A program made the translations under genes and the position numbers. A model generated the notes under the pieces. It did no database searches. It was not told the DNA's origin and worked only from the letters and a program-made list of their open reading frames with translations. This document shows, piece after piece, positions 28,793 to 42,279 of a DNA stretch of 64,000 bases; the first letter of the stretch is position 1; every line of letters begins with the position of its first letter. Origin of the DNA: Octopus vulgaris (Eukaryota); contig OX597825.1 of NCBI GenBank assembly GCA_951406725.2, positions 14,942,001 to 15,006,000 of the forward strand. The letters are read 5' to 3'.

Positions 28793-30144
28793 TAATTTAT
28801 ATTTGCCCTTAAATTCCTTCACAACTGTTCCATTATATTTTAAGACTTGTAAAATATGAGATACTCTTATTTTTCCCATTTATGTTTATCGTATATATGC
28901 ATTCAGTGTGTAACTTCTTCCAAAAGTTTATTATTATTATGGATTATGTTTTCTGGATATGTGGTCGGGTCTAGCTTATCTATGGGTGTGCATGTATGTA
29001 TATGTGTTTGTGTTATAGCGGGATTATTTGTATGCCATCTATACTATTTGAAATATGATTTTATAGTTATGTTTGTATGTATAGTTAGCTATTTATCTCC
29101 TTATTAGTATTTCTCGCTCTATACTTATATCTGTATTAACATTGATATGCGTATATTTATGTGTGTGTGTGTGTGTGTGTAATTTGAAATAGATTTTATA
29201 TCTATTTTATTTCAATTGTATTTTATTTGTGATTTCAGATATATTGTATTCGATATTGTCGTTCATCGAAAGCTTACCGTATTTTTGTTGAATAATGGTA
29301 GAAACCTGTATAGGTGAGATTTGCTTATGACGTCGGTCGCATCTAAGAGACAAATGTGTATATAAGTTATATTACACTCAGAAATAAATAATACGCACAT
29401 TTTGAGAGCTTTTCCCGTTGTTGATACACAATTAAAATTATAAAGCAACTTAGAACGCTTATCAAGACTTTAATATCTACTATATCACGCAACTGTAGGA
29501 ATAACATATTTCTAAGAACTAGGGGTTTTTAAAATTTTATCCAATTGCAACTGCTTTGTTGTGTATTCGGAGACTTTAATGTATTGTCGTTATCTAATTA
29601 TCAGGCCGCTATTAAGATATCTCAAACATTCGAATTACCTGCTGATAGTCTAACAAATCACCTGAGGTAAACAATTGACTTGTGAACTTCGAATACATTG
29701 TATTATACGGCCTTAATAATTTGGAATTTTATTAAAGTAGGTTTGAATTTAAAGCGTCACTCCTGTAAGCAAGAGAATACCAACTTCAAACAATGAATGT
29801 TGAACCAATATTGTTGAGTGAGAAAATGTGAATAACTTTAAATGAACTCACCATATCTTTTAAATAGGATGAATATTATTTCTAACACCCTCTGTTGTTG
29901 AATGTGTTTACTATTCTGAAACAATGCTTATTCTATAGTTCATCTACCTATGGGGATTAAGATCATGAGTAGGTTTTGTCTTAAGATCTTCAGGTGAACA
30001 ATCTTCTTCATACGATTTATACCAAGATTCCGTAACGAAATGGAAATGTTTCACGTATTAGAAAATACCAGCTTTATTACCGATAGGTAGGTATATGATC
30101 TCAGTGGAGATGTTTGATGACCGGCGAAGTATATGAAAAGCAGG

Positions 30145-30558
30145 GGATCTTTTCCGTTTGAACGGCAGTTTTTAACATAATTTCTAGTTAACTAAAAAAT
30201 TTTAAACTTCGTACACTGGTAGAATGTGTTCATAAAACATCTTTTTCTCTTGGCTTTATTGAGAAAATTCTATAGCTTGTAAGATATTTGTGTTTTTCTT
30301 TCTTCAAGTTCTGCAATTTCAACCAATCACTCACGTCTATTGAGGTAAAAAAAAACATTCTGTGCCGTATGAATATGTCCCTCGTTTAAGAAACAGATTG
30401 GGTTTAGTTACATTTGTGAAGAAAAAAGAAACCTTTCCCCCGCACCCCTAATCCTAACCCTAACCCTAACTAACCCTGACCCTAAAACAGTCATAATTAT
30501 GGGTGACAATTTCATATGATATCACTAGAAAGAACTGCCGTCCAAACCGAAAAGTTGC
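30145..30558. mobile_element. MITE / non-autonomous DNA element with ~28-bp TIRs and internal (CCCTAA)n
   Basis: ggatcttttccgtttgaacggcagttttt versus aagaactgccgtccaaaccgaaaagttgc; ccctaa-type repeats at 30446-30485. Confidence 0.8.
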
Positions 30559-31182
30559 AAAAGAGGTACCACATGATACAATTATTTATTCAAATTAACA
30601 ACTCGAGCAACGACAAAACAATTAACGTTCTGCTGCATTTTGCAGCGTTTTCTACATTCTCCAGTTCTCACTACACAGGAAACTGTTATACTGACCTTCT
30701 TCGTAAAGTGCTAATGCCTATAAAATTACTTCGAGCAAAAGAGGAAATGCGACCCATTATCAAAGTAATGGACACTGAGTTTCATGTTTCACATTATTTA
30801 ATCGTTTTATATCATATCAAACTCCAATAACTTTACCATTTCAATATACCGACAATATTTCTTTTATACATATTTGCTAAAATTCAATGACCTTGCTGTA
30901 TTTAGTTTCTCAATTTTCACAAAATTTATGAACGCACGCCAATATTTCAAACGAATGATCATGTGAATTTTTTAGTCTACTGTCACGTTACTGATTTTAA
31001 TTAAAAAAAATAAAATATTAGTAATATTTTTCAAATCAATATAGAAAAGAAATTGCAATTTGATGAAAGACGACATACATGATTTATAAATGGAGACATT
31101 TTGTGATGACTTAGTTATTGCTTCCGTGATATTTTATATATTATGACGCCAAATGTATAATATATTATGCACACACACACAT

Positions 31183-31341
<159 letters not shown>

Positions 31342-33191
31342 CATACATATTAGTTTATCTCAGAGTTAAGAATTATATAAAACTCACTTCTCTTGCACAA
31401 AATTAAGAAAATTAAAAAATATTTTCAAACAAAAGAGAAGAAAAAAGAATGAAATGAAATTTGATAAAAACGTTACGTATAACATGTTAAGTACAATCAC
31501 ATATTGAAAATACATTTAAAGTAAATAATAAAATGAACGATTTAGGAAAACATGAAATAAATGCAAGTAAAACAGTTTACTTTGATTGCACAACTATGCC
31601 ATTGTAGAAGAATGTGAGGTGTTAATTACAGAATTTGGTAAGGGATATAGCTCACTTTAGTTTTGTTCATAATCTACTATAGATGATATTTACTTTGGTT
31701 TCATATTCATACCAGTTATTTGTTGATAGAGAATTATATGAACCACACACACACAGATACACACACACAATCTATGTATGTATGTGTCTCTCTCTCATAC
31801 TCACATATATGAAAATATCATACTTGCTTGTAAATTTTAAATACTTCAAACGCAAGCCTGTTTAAGCAACATATATAGAATTTTATGCATACGGAGACAT
31901 ACTGAGAAACTTTGTTATGATTGCCATATGCAAATGCTATTTTTTCTCTATACCTAGAATAGAGAAAAATGGTAAAGTGTCAGTGATATTAATCTTAAGT
32001 ATTCTCGTTTGGTTTCAATATCAATGCTCCAAGGCGTTTGGCTAAATTAATAAAGATAATACAGATTAAAACAAATTTCTTGTAACTGTCTCAAATTAAG
32101 TCCTACATGTAAATTTTAAAAAGAAACAAAAACAAATATTCATTATATAGTTTTGCCATGAGAAAATTATTTAACATTACAGTTGGAAATTGAGCTGTCC
32201 AATTTCGATAAATTGCTGTCCAGGGAATACCAATGTATCTAATTCATCTTGCCAGGTATATTAACAATAAAAAACGCTAGGAATTGATGCCTGGATATTC
32301 CATGCCCTATATTACAGTGTTGTCATATTGGAGTTAATCACTGAAGCAACGCAAATAATGGAGAGTTGTTAAAGTAGACAATAAACTAATATATATCTGA
32401 ATTGTAAGCTCTAGTGTTAAATTTCAAATTCCGAAATACTTAGGCCATTTCTTATTTCTTTGCCAACAGCCCACTCAAGTGAAACAGCATGGTGTTATTG
32501 AAGCAACACAACCAAAGCAATATATTACTATATTGATATAAATGGTAATACTCAGTTTGATTTCATTTTATTTACTAGAACAACGTTCTTCCACATAGGA
32601 TGCTGGTTACTTTAGCAATTATTCTGTTTATAAAACGATTACTCAAGCTGCATCATCTGTTAATTTTCCATAAATTTATGCTACCTTAATATGCTAATGG
32701 AAAATTCCAAATGCATCTTGACAGCGAATCCCATAAAGTGCAGTTTTATCACTTGTTTGTTTGAAAGTCATTCATCCAGTATCATTTGAACGTCAATCAC
32801 CGTATATCATTAGACACGTAAATCTTCGTCGATTCTATGGAAGAAAGGAAATCAATCCGAAGCAGATGTTGCTTAGCAGATCCGACAATTGTCCTACAAA
32901 GTTATTGGAAAAATGATTGAAATATCAGCAAACTCATGTATCAAGTAAAATATGATCCTAAGCATTCGTATAGAATAATTACCTTAATGTTGAGAATGAA
33001 TTGTCATAGTTTTGTATTTGTTTGACGATATGCCATCGTATATGAGTCGAAACAATATGCTATATTTCTACACGGTATATCTTTCTGGATAACGCCCATA
33101 CGGTAAACTATCAAAGAACATCTATCATAATATTCAGGTTATAGGAAACATCCTTAAGATGAACAGTTTTTAATATTGTTTACCAGTCAAA

Positions 33192-33395
33192 GGCGGTAAG
33201 CAGACAACCGCTAACGGGCAAAATGCTTAGCAGCATTTCTTCCAACATTACTTTGTGAGTTCAAATGCCACCGAGGTTTACTTGGTCTTTTATATTTTCA
33301 GATTCGATAAAATAATTACCAGTGAAGTAATGAGGTTGATGTAATCGATTTATTCACTCTGCCGATATTGTTGGCCATGAGCCAGAATTTGAAAC
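33192..33395 (+). mobile_element. Old SINE B variant (tail ..ggcc.tg.gcca.aatttgaaac)
   Basis: ggcggtaagc..aaatgcttagcagcattt..gagttcaaatgccaccgagg..gataaaataattaccag. Confidence 0.75.
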
Positions 33396-36291
33396 AACCA
33401 ATATCGTTGACAATTCTTGAAATGAAAAGTTTTATGAAAGAACGAAAATGTAACAGATATTATTAATTTATTAAGTTCATTATAGTTATGTTTTTGCGTT
33501 AATATTTGCACCCTTATAAGTCAGTTGTAAGCTGATATATCACCAAAGAACTCTTATGCACGGGCTTCATGTATGTTTCCATGTCTGTAACTTTACATCT
33601 CCCGTGGGTTTTTCAAATTCACAAGATGGCATTTTGTAATTTGTCTACTATGTGTATTTAGTTAAGGAAACACTTTGAGATTCCATATAATTTATTTCTA
33701 CATTAAATTCACACATAAACATACTTCTGTAAAAAAAGAGAAAAATATCACTAAATATGTATTTAGCTTAAGCATATTCTCCATCTTCACAGCCTGCTCT
33801 ACAGGCATTTTAATTACCAATTAAGTTTATTTTCGAATTCCACAAATCAATTATAACGGTATCATTTGCATGCGTTAGGAATAAATAATACACATTAAAT
33901 TCAATATCAATGCACCACTTATTCTTATAGTCTCTGATACCTGTTCATATTAAACCGCCTTCCGCAGCTAAACATGAATATGTTCACAGTATATAACTAT
34001 ATACAATCCATGCCGTCTCTTTTAACTAAATGTGATGGAAAAAATGTGAATATAATGAAAAAAATAGACATTAAGGGAACACGTTGTAACGCATTCTCTA
34101 AAAAAGTACATCTATTCACAACTCGAAGTCCAGGTCTAAAATATTCAGTTCATTTGCATAATAGACGCAATACGATTATGAATATTAGTGCAGGACTAAT
34201 AACACGCACAATTATCAAGCCATAAAGCAGCAGCTTCCATCCATACCCGCTCTGTATTATCTTCATCTATTAAAATGAAACAGATCGCCAAATGCATTCA
34301 CTCTATAGTTCCACTTAGTAATAGTAGTTCTATAGATAACGAAAGCCCCGTAATTAAACCACAGTAAAATAAACACACCACGCAACACAATGACAATTAC
34401 CACTCATTAATATAATACACTGGATAAAGCTTAAAGCACCGCATGCTCGTCATCTTCTATGCGACGCTGTATCACATCCAATGCACCAGCAACATAACAG
34501 CATTCATATTTACACAAGTAATTTCCTATCAAATAATATTAACATACATAACATCACATACTCCACCAAATCAATCACCGGCATTTAATCACAGAATACA
34601 AATAACTCGCAAATAGAAAATCGCATAAGGAAAACAACTTCCATTTTATGAAGCAGGGTTGACATCTAAGTAATGTCGGTGTGTCTAAGCGACCACGTGA
34701 CTCGCTCGAAATGACAGCTAAATTTCTCTTATATGACAGACTATTGTCTTTAAAAACCACGATAACACTGAGCAATGTTTTACTATATACACAGAGAAGC
34801 GGGATATTGACTGTTGATTATCAGTCATTTGAAGTACTTTTGAACTGGATTTAAATAACAAAACAAGTCAGTTCACATAGGAAATTTTTTGCACAAGGAA
34901 AGGGCGGAACATCAACAGAAAAATCAACAAATGACATCTTGATGCCGTACTTTTCTCAAATAAAGCGCTTCATACGAATACTATGGTACATTTGTAGTTT
35001 ATGCAGATACTTGCATAAGATGTTGCAGAGATGAAAATGCTGATGACGATGATGACAATGCTGATGATGACGTCAGGGAGGATGATAATGAGTAAGAGGA
35101 AGGAAAATATCATGAAAATGATGATAATAATGATAATGATGATGATTGTAACAACCATCATACCAATAAAATGGAAAGGCGGCAGTTAAGATAAGAACAA
35201 AATATAAAACTATGCATTAAAAATGCCGAAAATACAGCAACATTGAATAAGAATAACAATCGGTTTACATCTTCTTTAAGTACATGCGTAAGCCGATATA
35301 TCGCAGCGAACAAAAGCCTACAATTTGAATAGCAGAGCGAGAGTGAAAGAAAGTGGTAATAATCTACAGAAATCGGCCATTTTAATTGATTTCTAAAAAT
35401 CACAAATTTGAGCATAGTATTAATCAATGCTTCTCTGTAAATTAACTCTTTCTAAAGATACGTTACATTCTAAGTTTTCATTTAATTCTGCACGCAGAAT
35501 CTCATTACAACTTTAATTTGAAATTCTAACAGCTTTGTAAATTTTGTACATTTGATCAATTTAATTGCGCTGATAAATGACATCGATATGTGGAGGTAAT
35601 GCATGCGTGGATAATGTCAGTATATGTTTTATAACATTTAATTTAATAATTCTGGCAATTGTGTTTCTATCAAGAATATTTTAGATCCAGTTTCAAGAAA
35701 AATTATACTTAACTTTTGAAATACATTAATATTTAATATTGATTCAAGGCAATATAATATATTCATGGCGGTAAATAATGGTAGCATTTATCATTGAAAT
35801 GAAAAAAGCACAAACGTGCTTTATGTATAAAAGAAACGTATGGAGATGATATTTTACTTGTTCTACATTATTTTATGGAATTTATATTACAAGAATAAAT
35901 TGCTTTTCTTAATTTCTTCTCGTTGTCTCTACTAATTGTTTTCTGTGCGTATAAATTTTAGATTGATGAATTTGCTTTTCGTGTAAATGGATGCGCGCTT
36001 ATATAAAGGAATCGATTGCTCTAGATATTTCGGTTCCTTACGCGTAGGCATAAAAGAATACTCTATATAGATTCATGATGCAAATGCTTCATTCCATATG
36101 CATGTTCCAGAATTTCGTTACTATTTTGGGTAACACTTTTCAAGCCATGTGAGGATGAAGAGAATATTCTTTTCACTGAGCTTATTTGATCAATGTGTTA
36201 GAAGCCAAAACGTTAATATATGCATAAAATTCGATTTAGGGTGAAAGTCAGTGCAACGTAGTCTTGATCAGGGTATTGCTGTATATACATA

Positions 36292-36465
36292 GGGAGAATT
36301 CACAAAAAAACAAAACAAAGGATGAAGACAAGTGGTGTAGAAAACAAACAGATGTTTTAGTTTAACGCTCGGGAAGTGAAAAAGTCTTTAACGTTTCGAG
36401 CCTACGCTCTTCAACAGAAAGGAATACAGAAAGAAATAAGGAGAGAAAATAAAGAGAGAAATGTG
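36292..36465 (-). mobile_element. PLE-type terminal repeat with hammerhead-like motif (copy 1)
   Basis: Closely matches 50109-50300; minus strand ctttCTGTTGAagagcgtaggctcGAAACGTTaaag. Confidence 0.6.
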
Positions 36466-36469
36466 TGTG

Positions 36470-36539
<70 letters not shown>

Positions 36540-36541
<2 letters not shown>

Positions 36542-36769
36542 TGCGTGTGTTTGTATGTCTTTGTTTGTTCCCCTAGCATTGCTTGACAACCGATGCTGGT
36601 GTGTTTACGACCCCGTTACTTAGCGGTTCGGCAAAAGAGACCGATAGAATAGGTACTGGGCTTACAAAATAATAAGTCCCAGGGTCGAGTTGCTCGATTA
36701 AAGGCGGTGCTCCAGCATGGCCGCAGTCAAATGACTGAAACAAGTAAAAGATTAAAAGAGTAAAAGAGT
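36540..36769 (+). mobile_element. SINE family A, 3' half only
   Basis: gtttgttcccctagcattgcttgacaaccgatgctgg..gaaacaagtaaaagattaaaagagtaaaagag. Confidence 0.9.
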
Positions 36770-37303
36770 ATATATATATACATACACATATATATAACTT
36801 TTAAATTTGTTCACGGAAAACGTTTTCCATATGCAAATATGGCTCCTAGGCTATATAGAATAGTGTATGTGTGTGCGCGTCCGTGTAGGCATGCGTACAC
36901 ATTAGTGAAATGAGGGAATATATAGTAAGCGGAACATGAACAAGTATATCACATATAAATTTCGACAATGTAAAGAAATGGATAATGCGTAGAGAAATAA
37001 AATATTATCGTATCACTTAAGAATTATGCACAAATAAAATACACTGAATGAAAAACAAACCCAAGACACAAAGTAACGCTTTAGTTGTATTCTTCAATGT
37101 AAAGAACGTAAAATAATATTGACTTGGGTAAAGAAAACAGGGACGATAGTAAGAGTACAGCTCCTATTTACATAGCACTCACACATACACCTACACATAC
37201 ACACAATATTCAGAATGCATATTTTGCATTATTTATGTCTGGTGCATCAAGGCACTGTAAAGTTAAATCTCCATTCGCGTAATATGCCCTTTAGAATGTA
37301 TTT

Positions 37304-37720
37304 AAGTTGCCGAGCTGGCAGAAACGTTAGCACGCCGGGCGAGATGCTTAGCTGTATTTCGTCTGTCGTTACGTTCTGAGTTCAAATTCCGCCGAGGTAG
37401 ACTTTGCCTTTCATCCTTTCGAGATCGATAAATTAAGTACCAGTTACGCAGTGGGGTCGATTTAATCGGCTTAATCCGTTTGTCTGTCCCTGTTTGCCCT
37501 CTCTGTGTTCAGCCCCTTGTGGGTAATAAAGAAATAGGTATATCGTCTGCCGTTACGTTCTGAGTTTGAATTCCACCGAGGTCGACTTTGCCTTTCATCC
37601 TTTCGGGGTCGATAAATTAAGTACCAGTTACGCACTGGGATCGATGTAAGCGACTTAATCTCTTCGTCTGTCCTTGTTTGCCCCCTCTATGTTTAGCTCC
37701 TTGTGGGAAATAAAGAAATA
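37304..37720 (+). mobile_element. Dimeric SINE B with TSD
   Basis: Full unit plus headless second unit joined at aaagaaatag|gtat; TSD aga(a/g)tgtattt at 37293-37303 and 37721-37731. Confidence 0.92.
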
Positions 37721-39449
37721 AGAGTGTATTTTGATGCTGATATACACTCTTGTTATAAATATATTGCTCATATCTACATTATGCTGCTGGCATCGGGCAA
37801 TTACTGATTAATTTGATTTATTTAAATTTCTATGATGTACCCAAGTTGTATTGTATGTTATACGTTTATATACACCCGCTCATGTCTTATGCTATGTAGT
37901 CATTAAAGTCATTATTATATTAAGGGGTTTTCATTAGGTTCCTAAACCTTATCAGTTAGATTCCCAAATAGCACCATGTTTTAAAACGGCCGGTATTCAG
38001 ATATATTTTCAAACAGTCAATTAGAATAGGCGAGTCTTGCTTTGAGCATTGTTACTACGAGAGAAAAGTTAGGAATTGAATCACGAATGCACTACTCTAG
38101 GCAGAATATTATTGTTCAAAACCTGCAGGCAAAAAGATAAATAGCCTGACTTATTCATCTCCATTTCAAGCATTTTGAATGTGTATTCCATAATTGATGT
38201 TTTAAAAGAGAAACTTCGCCAAAGTTATAACTGCAAACTTGGCTAAAGTCAGTGGATAGTCGTAAAAAGAAATAATGATATATGGATATATATTATAGAA
38301 GAATCGAAATTTTACTTTTGCTAAACCTCAAAGGTCATTTATCTATGGTCAAATTTTACACTTACCGATTTTATGCAATGCTAAGAAGAATTTGAAAGAG
38401 CATAAGAATATTTTATTACATGTCTTTTTGTCGAATCATCAATACTTCATTTTCATTCTCAATTCTCTCAGTTCAAAAGTTGAAGTGAGGGATAATTTAA
38501 TTTAATTTATTTCGCAGACAACTGAAATTTCTCTGTCAAAGATTCATTGGCTTTTGATGTTTGCAAATCGACTGAAGACATTATAAGTGAGTGTATTAGT
38601 TCATAACCTTTGGTTTACAGCAATATCTGGGGTTAAGTTTGAATATATACAGGAAACAAATTCTCCTGTTGTTGGAAGCCAAAGGAACAATACTGAAATA
38701 AAATAGAAAGAGGGGAGTGAGCAAAGAAGATGAAGGCAAACGAATTGCTGAACTAAGATAGAATAGAGAGAGATGCTTGAGAAGTGTGTGAATTACGTGA
38801 GATAAATAAACATAGGAAATAGGAATACAAGGCTGAGAAAAATAACAAAACGAAGTGATAAGGAGGGGAAACAAGTTACGAACAATATATACAAACATGA
38901 ATCATGGCCAAATGTAGGATAATGGAATGAATAAACGTGCAAGTACATGCATTGGGATATAATTGCAACACACCATTAATGGATAAATATTCGATGAAAC
39001 AATGTTCAGCATCACAAAAGTTTAAGGTTTAAAGCTTGTAACAACCTACAAAATAAAAACAAATCTCCATGTTATCATAACCGATGTGAATATTACTGAA
39101 ATCTTATTCCACGTGACCAAAATTTAACGAAATGTCAAGAGAGCCGTCATCCATTACAACAGTTCAGCCATGATTGTAACACATGCAGTCAGAATTATTG
39201 TTATTCCCATCATAGAAAACCATCATCGCCTCTTCTATATCTGATCGTAAGATCTCTATTAATCTGTAGATAAAACGTAACATTAACAACGCCGGCAAGG
39301 TAGCTCACCAATGCAAAAAGCTTTTTAGTCACTGTTAGTACCAGTATTGCCGCCATTATTCGAGGCCACATTATTATCAAATACCCCGTCATCCAAACAG
39401 CAGAAGCACCAGTATATGTACCATTAAGATTTAGCGTAGCAGCCAGAGT

Positions 39450-39503
39450 AACAGCAGCAGCGACACGCGCAACCATGACAGCAGCAGCCACAGCAGCAGC
39501 AGC

Positions 39504-39559
<56 letters not shown>

Positions 39560-39605
39560 TAGTAATAATAGCAGCAGCAGCAGCAGTAGTAGTAGCAGTA
39601 ATAAT

Positions 39606-39640
<35 letters not shown>

Positions 39641-39641
39641 T

Positions 39642-39675
<34 letters not shown>

Positions 39676-39689
39676 ATAATAGCAGCAGT

Positions 39690-39721
<32 letters not shown>

Positions 39722-39782
39722 TAGTAGTAGTAATAATAGCAGGAGTAGCAGCAGTAGTAGTAGTAGTAATAATAGCAGCAGT

Positions 39783-39814
<32 letters not shown>

Positions 39815-39836
39815 TAGTAGTAATAATAGCAGCAGT

Positions 39837-39868
<32 letters not shown>

Positions 39869-39917
39869 TAGTAGTAGCAGTAATAATAGCAGCAGAAGTA
39901 GTAGTAGTAGTAGTAGT

Positions 39918-39951
<34 letters not shown>

Positions 39952-39965
39952 ATAATAGCAGCAGT

Positions 39966-40014
<49 letters not shown>

Positions 40015-40043
40015 ATAATAGCAGGAGTAGCAGTAGTAATAAT

Positions 40044-40089
<46 letters not shown>

Positions 40090-40094
40090 ATAAT

Positions 40095-40126
<32 letters not shown>

Positions 40127-40205
40127 TAGTAGTAGTATCAGCAGCAGTAGTAGTAGTAGCAGCAGCAGTAGTAGTAGTAGCAGCAGCAGTAGTAGTAGTA
40201 ATAAT

Positions 40206-40254
<49 letters not shown>

Positions 40255-40259
40255 ATAAT

Positions 40260-40305
<46 letters not shown>

Positions 40306-40502
40306 TCAGCAGCAGTATCAGTAGCAGTAGTAGTAGTAATAATAGCAGCAGCAGTAGTAGTAGTAGCAGCAGCAGTAGCAGTAGTAGTAGTAATAATAGC
40401 AGCAGCAGCAGTAGTAGTAGTAGTAGTAGTAGCAGCAGTAGTAGCAGTAGTAGTAGTAATAATAGCAGCAGCAGTAGTAGTAGTAGTAGTAGTAGTAGCA
40501 GC

Positions 40503-40551
<49 letters not shown>

Positions 40552-40605
40552 TCAGCAGCAGTATCAGTAGTAGTAGTAGTAGTAGTAGCAGCAGCAGCAG
40601 CAGTA
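39450..40605. repeat. ~1.15-kb in-phase compound (GTA)n/(GCA)n/ATAATA trinucleotide array
   Basis: Seen directly; recurring block (gta)n-ata-ata-(gca)m. Confidence 0.97.
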
Positions 40606-41323
40606 TAATTGGTATTGTCTTAGTCATGGCCAACACTATGATTGTTGTCAATATTTATATGACTTCCCAGGAAACATTAAAACCTGTTTGAAAGCACCGG
40701 CGATACTAAATGTCAGAGGGAAACACTTTGAAGTGGGATTTACGACTATTGTGTTCGAAATGGTCGAACGCATTAAAATCACGCTCCAGCAAATCTCACG
40801 GCGCCATATAGCGATGACAATTCGCTTCATTTATTTGTAATAAACAGTCAATTTTATAACAATTAAGTCTTTAAAATTTTTATAACTGTTAACACTAGAC
40901 AGACGATCGTATATCACGGCAGCAAAATCCGAAATCTGAAAATCAGGTTCCTTATTGAAGGGAAGAAGATATCGTATAGATTTGCTCTATAGCGTCTCCA
41001 CTATAGAAAATCGGAAAGCGTTTTTATATAAGCCATTTACTTCGCATTATTTTCTAACAGAAAATGTGACCGAGTTATGAAAATTAATTGAAAAATAAAC
41101 TGTTGAAACAAGCAGTTCAAATAAGCAGTTCAATATCATCCTACCTCAAGGGAGTTATTACCTCTTATAAGTTATTACCTCTTCAAAAACAAAATAATGA
41201 AAATAGCAATTGGACGGTTAATGTCTGTGTTATAAGAGGAAGGGATTTTTATTTTATCGTGTATGAAGTATAGTGGGATATCGTTAAATGTATAGGCGTT
41301 CGTAAATCATTATACAAATGTTG

Positions 41324-41384
<61 letters not shown>

Positions 41385-41405
41385 GTATATATATATGTAT
41401 ATATA

Positions 41406-41442
<37 letters not shown>

Positions 41443-41443
<1 letters not shown>

Positions 41444-41983
41444 GGAGTGCTACTGGTAACATGCAATCCAGTACAACCTGTTGCATAGTCGGGTCGTCGT
41501 CGAATAAACCGGCAAACCCACCAAGCTTGCTTGGTCAGGAGGGTGTTTATTGGACACCCTGCGGAATGAAAAACAAAACCCGTCAAAGGGTGGAGGAACT
41601 CTTGAGAGTCAACGGCCATCCAATAAATGTCTTACGGTGGTACCATGCGCGGGGACATAGAAATAATCGGACTGAATACCCGATCGCGCGGTTAAACCAT
41701 TGGGAGTGAAGGACTCCTAGCCTTTGTTAGGGCATCCTTCTAGGAGAAGGTAACTCAGATAACTGGGATAACTCTGACATAAAACATGCGGCCCAGTGGT
41801 TATCGATGATGTTAACTTGTTCTTCTTTTCGGATTATGGCTGCTGTTGTTTAGTGAGTGGGATTGACTCAGTGCACAGCCTTTCCTCACTTCAAAAATAA
41901 ACTTCTTGCACAGGCATTGCACGATAACAACATTGATTAAGATTTGCGCAATGGCCATACTCGATAACGAGGGTGCAGCTACC
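41443..41983 (+). mobile_element. RTE-clade 5'UTR-like non-autonomous element between (TA)n tracts
   Basis: GC-richer island containing agggcatccttctaggagaaggtaactc, resembling RTE 5'UTR motifs; ends cagctacca(ta)n; family call from memory, not a search. Confidence 0.55.
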
Positions 41984-41994
41984 ATATATATATC

Positions 41995-42198
41995 CTCTTA
42001 TCTTTTACTTGTTTCAGACGTTTGAATCTGCCGATGCTGGGGCAGTGATTTTAATCGCAGAAATCGACCTCAGGACTTAAGTTTGTAAGCTTAGTACTTA
42101 TTCTATCAGACTGTTTTGACAAGCCGCTAAGTTACAGGGACGTAAACGCACCAACATCAGTTGTCAAGCGATGGTAGGGGGGGATACACAGAAAGGAA

Positions 42199-42241
<43 letters not shown>

Positions 42242-42279
42242 CGACAGGCTTCTTTCTGTTTCCATCTACCAAATCCACT
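41995..42279 (-). mobile_element. SINE family A, head truncated
   Basis: cttttacttgtttcag..gcttctttctgtttccatctaccaaatccact. Confidence 0.85.

Noticed and set aside
30446-30485. Telomere or chromosome fusion site
   Set aside because: Short, degenerate and internal to a TIR element
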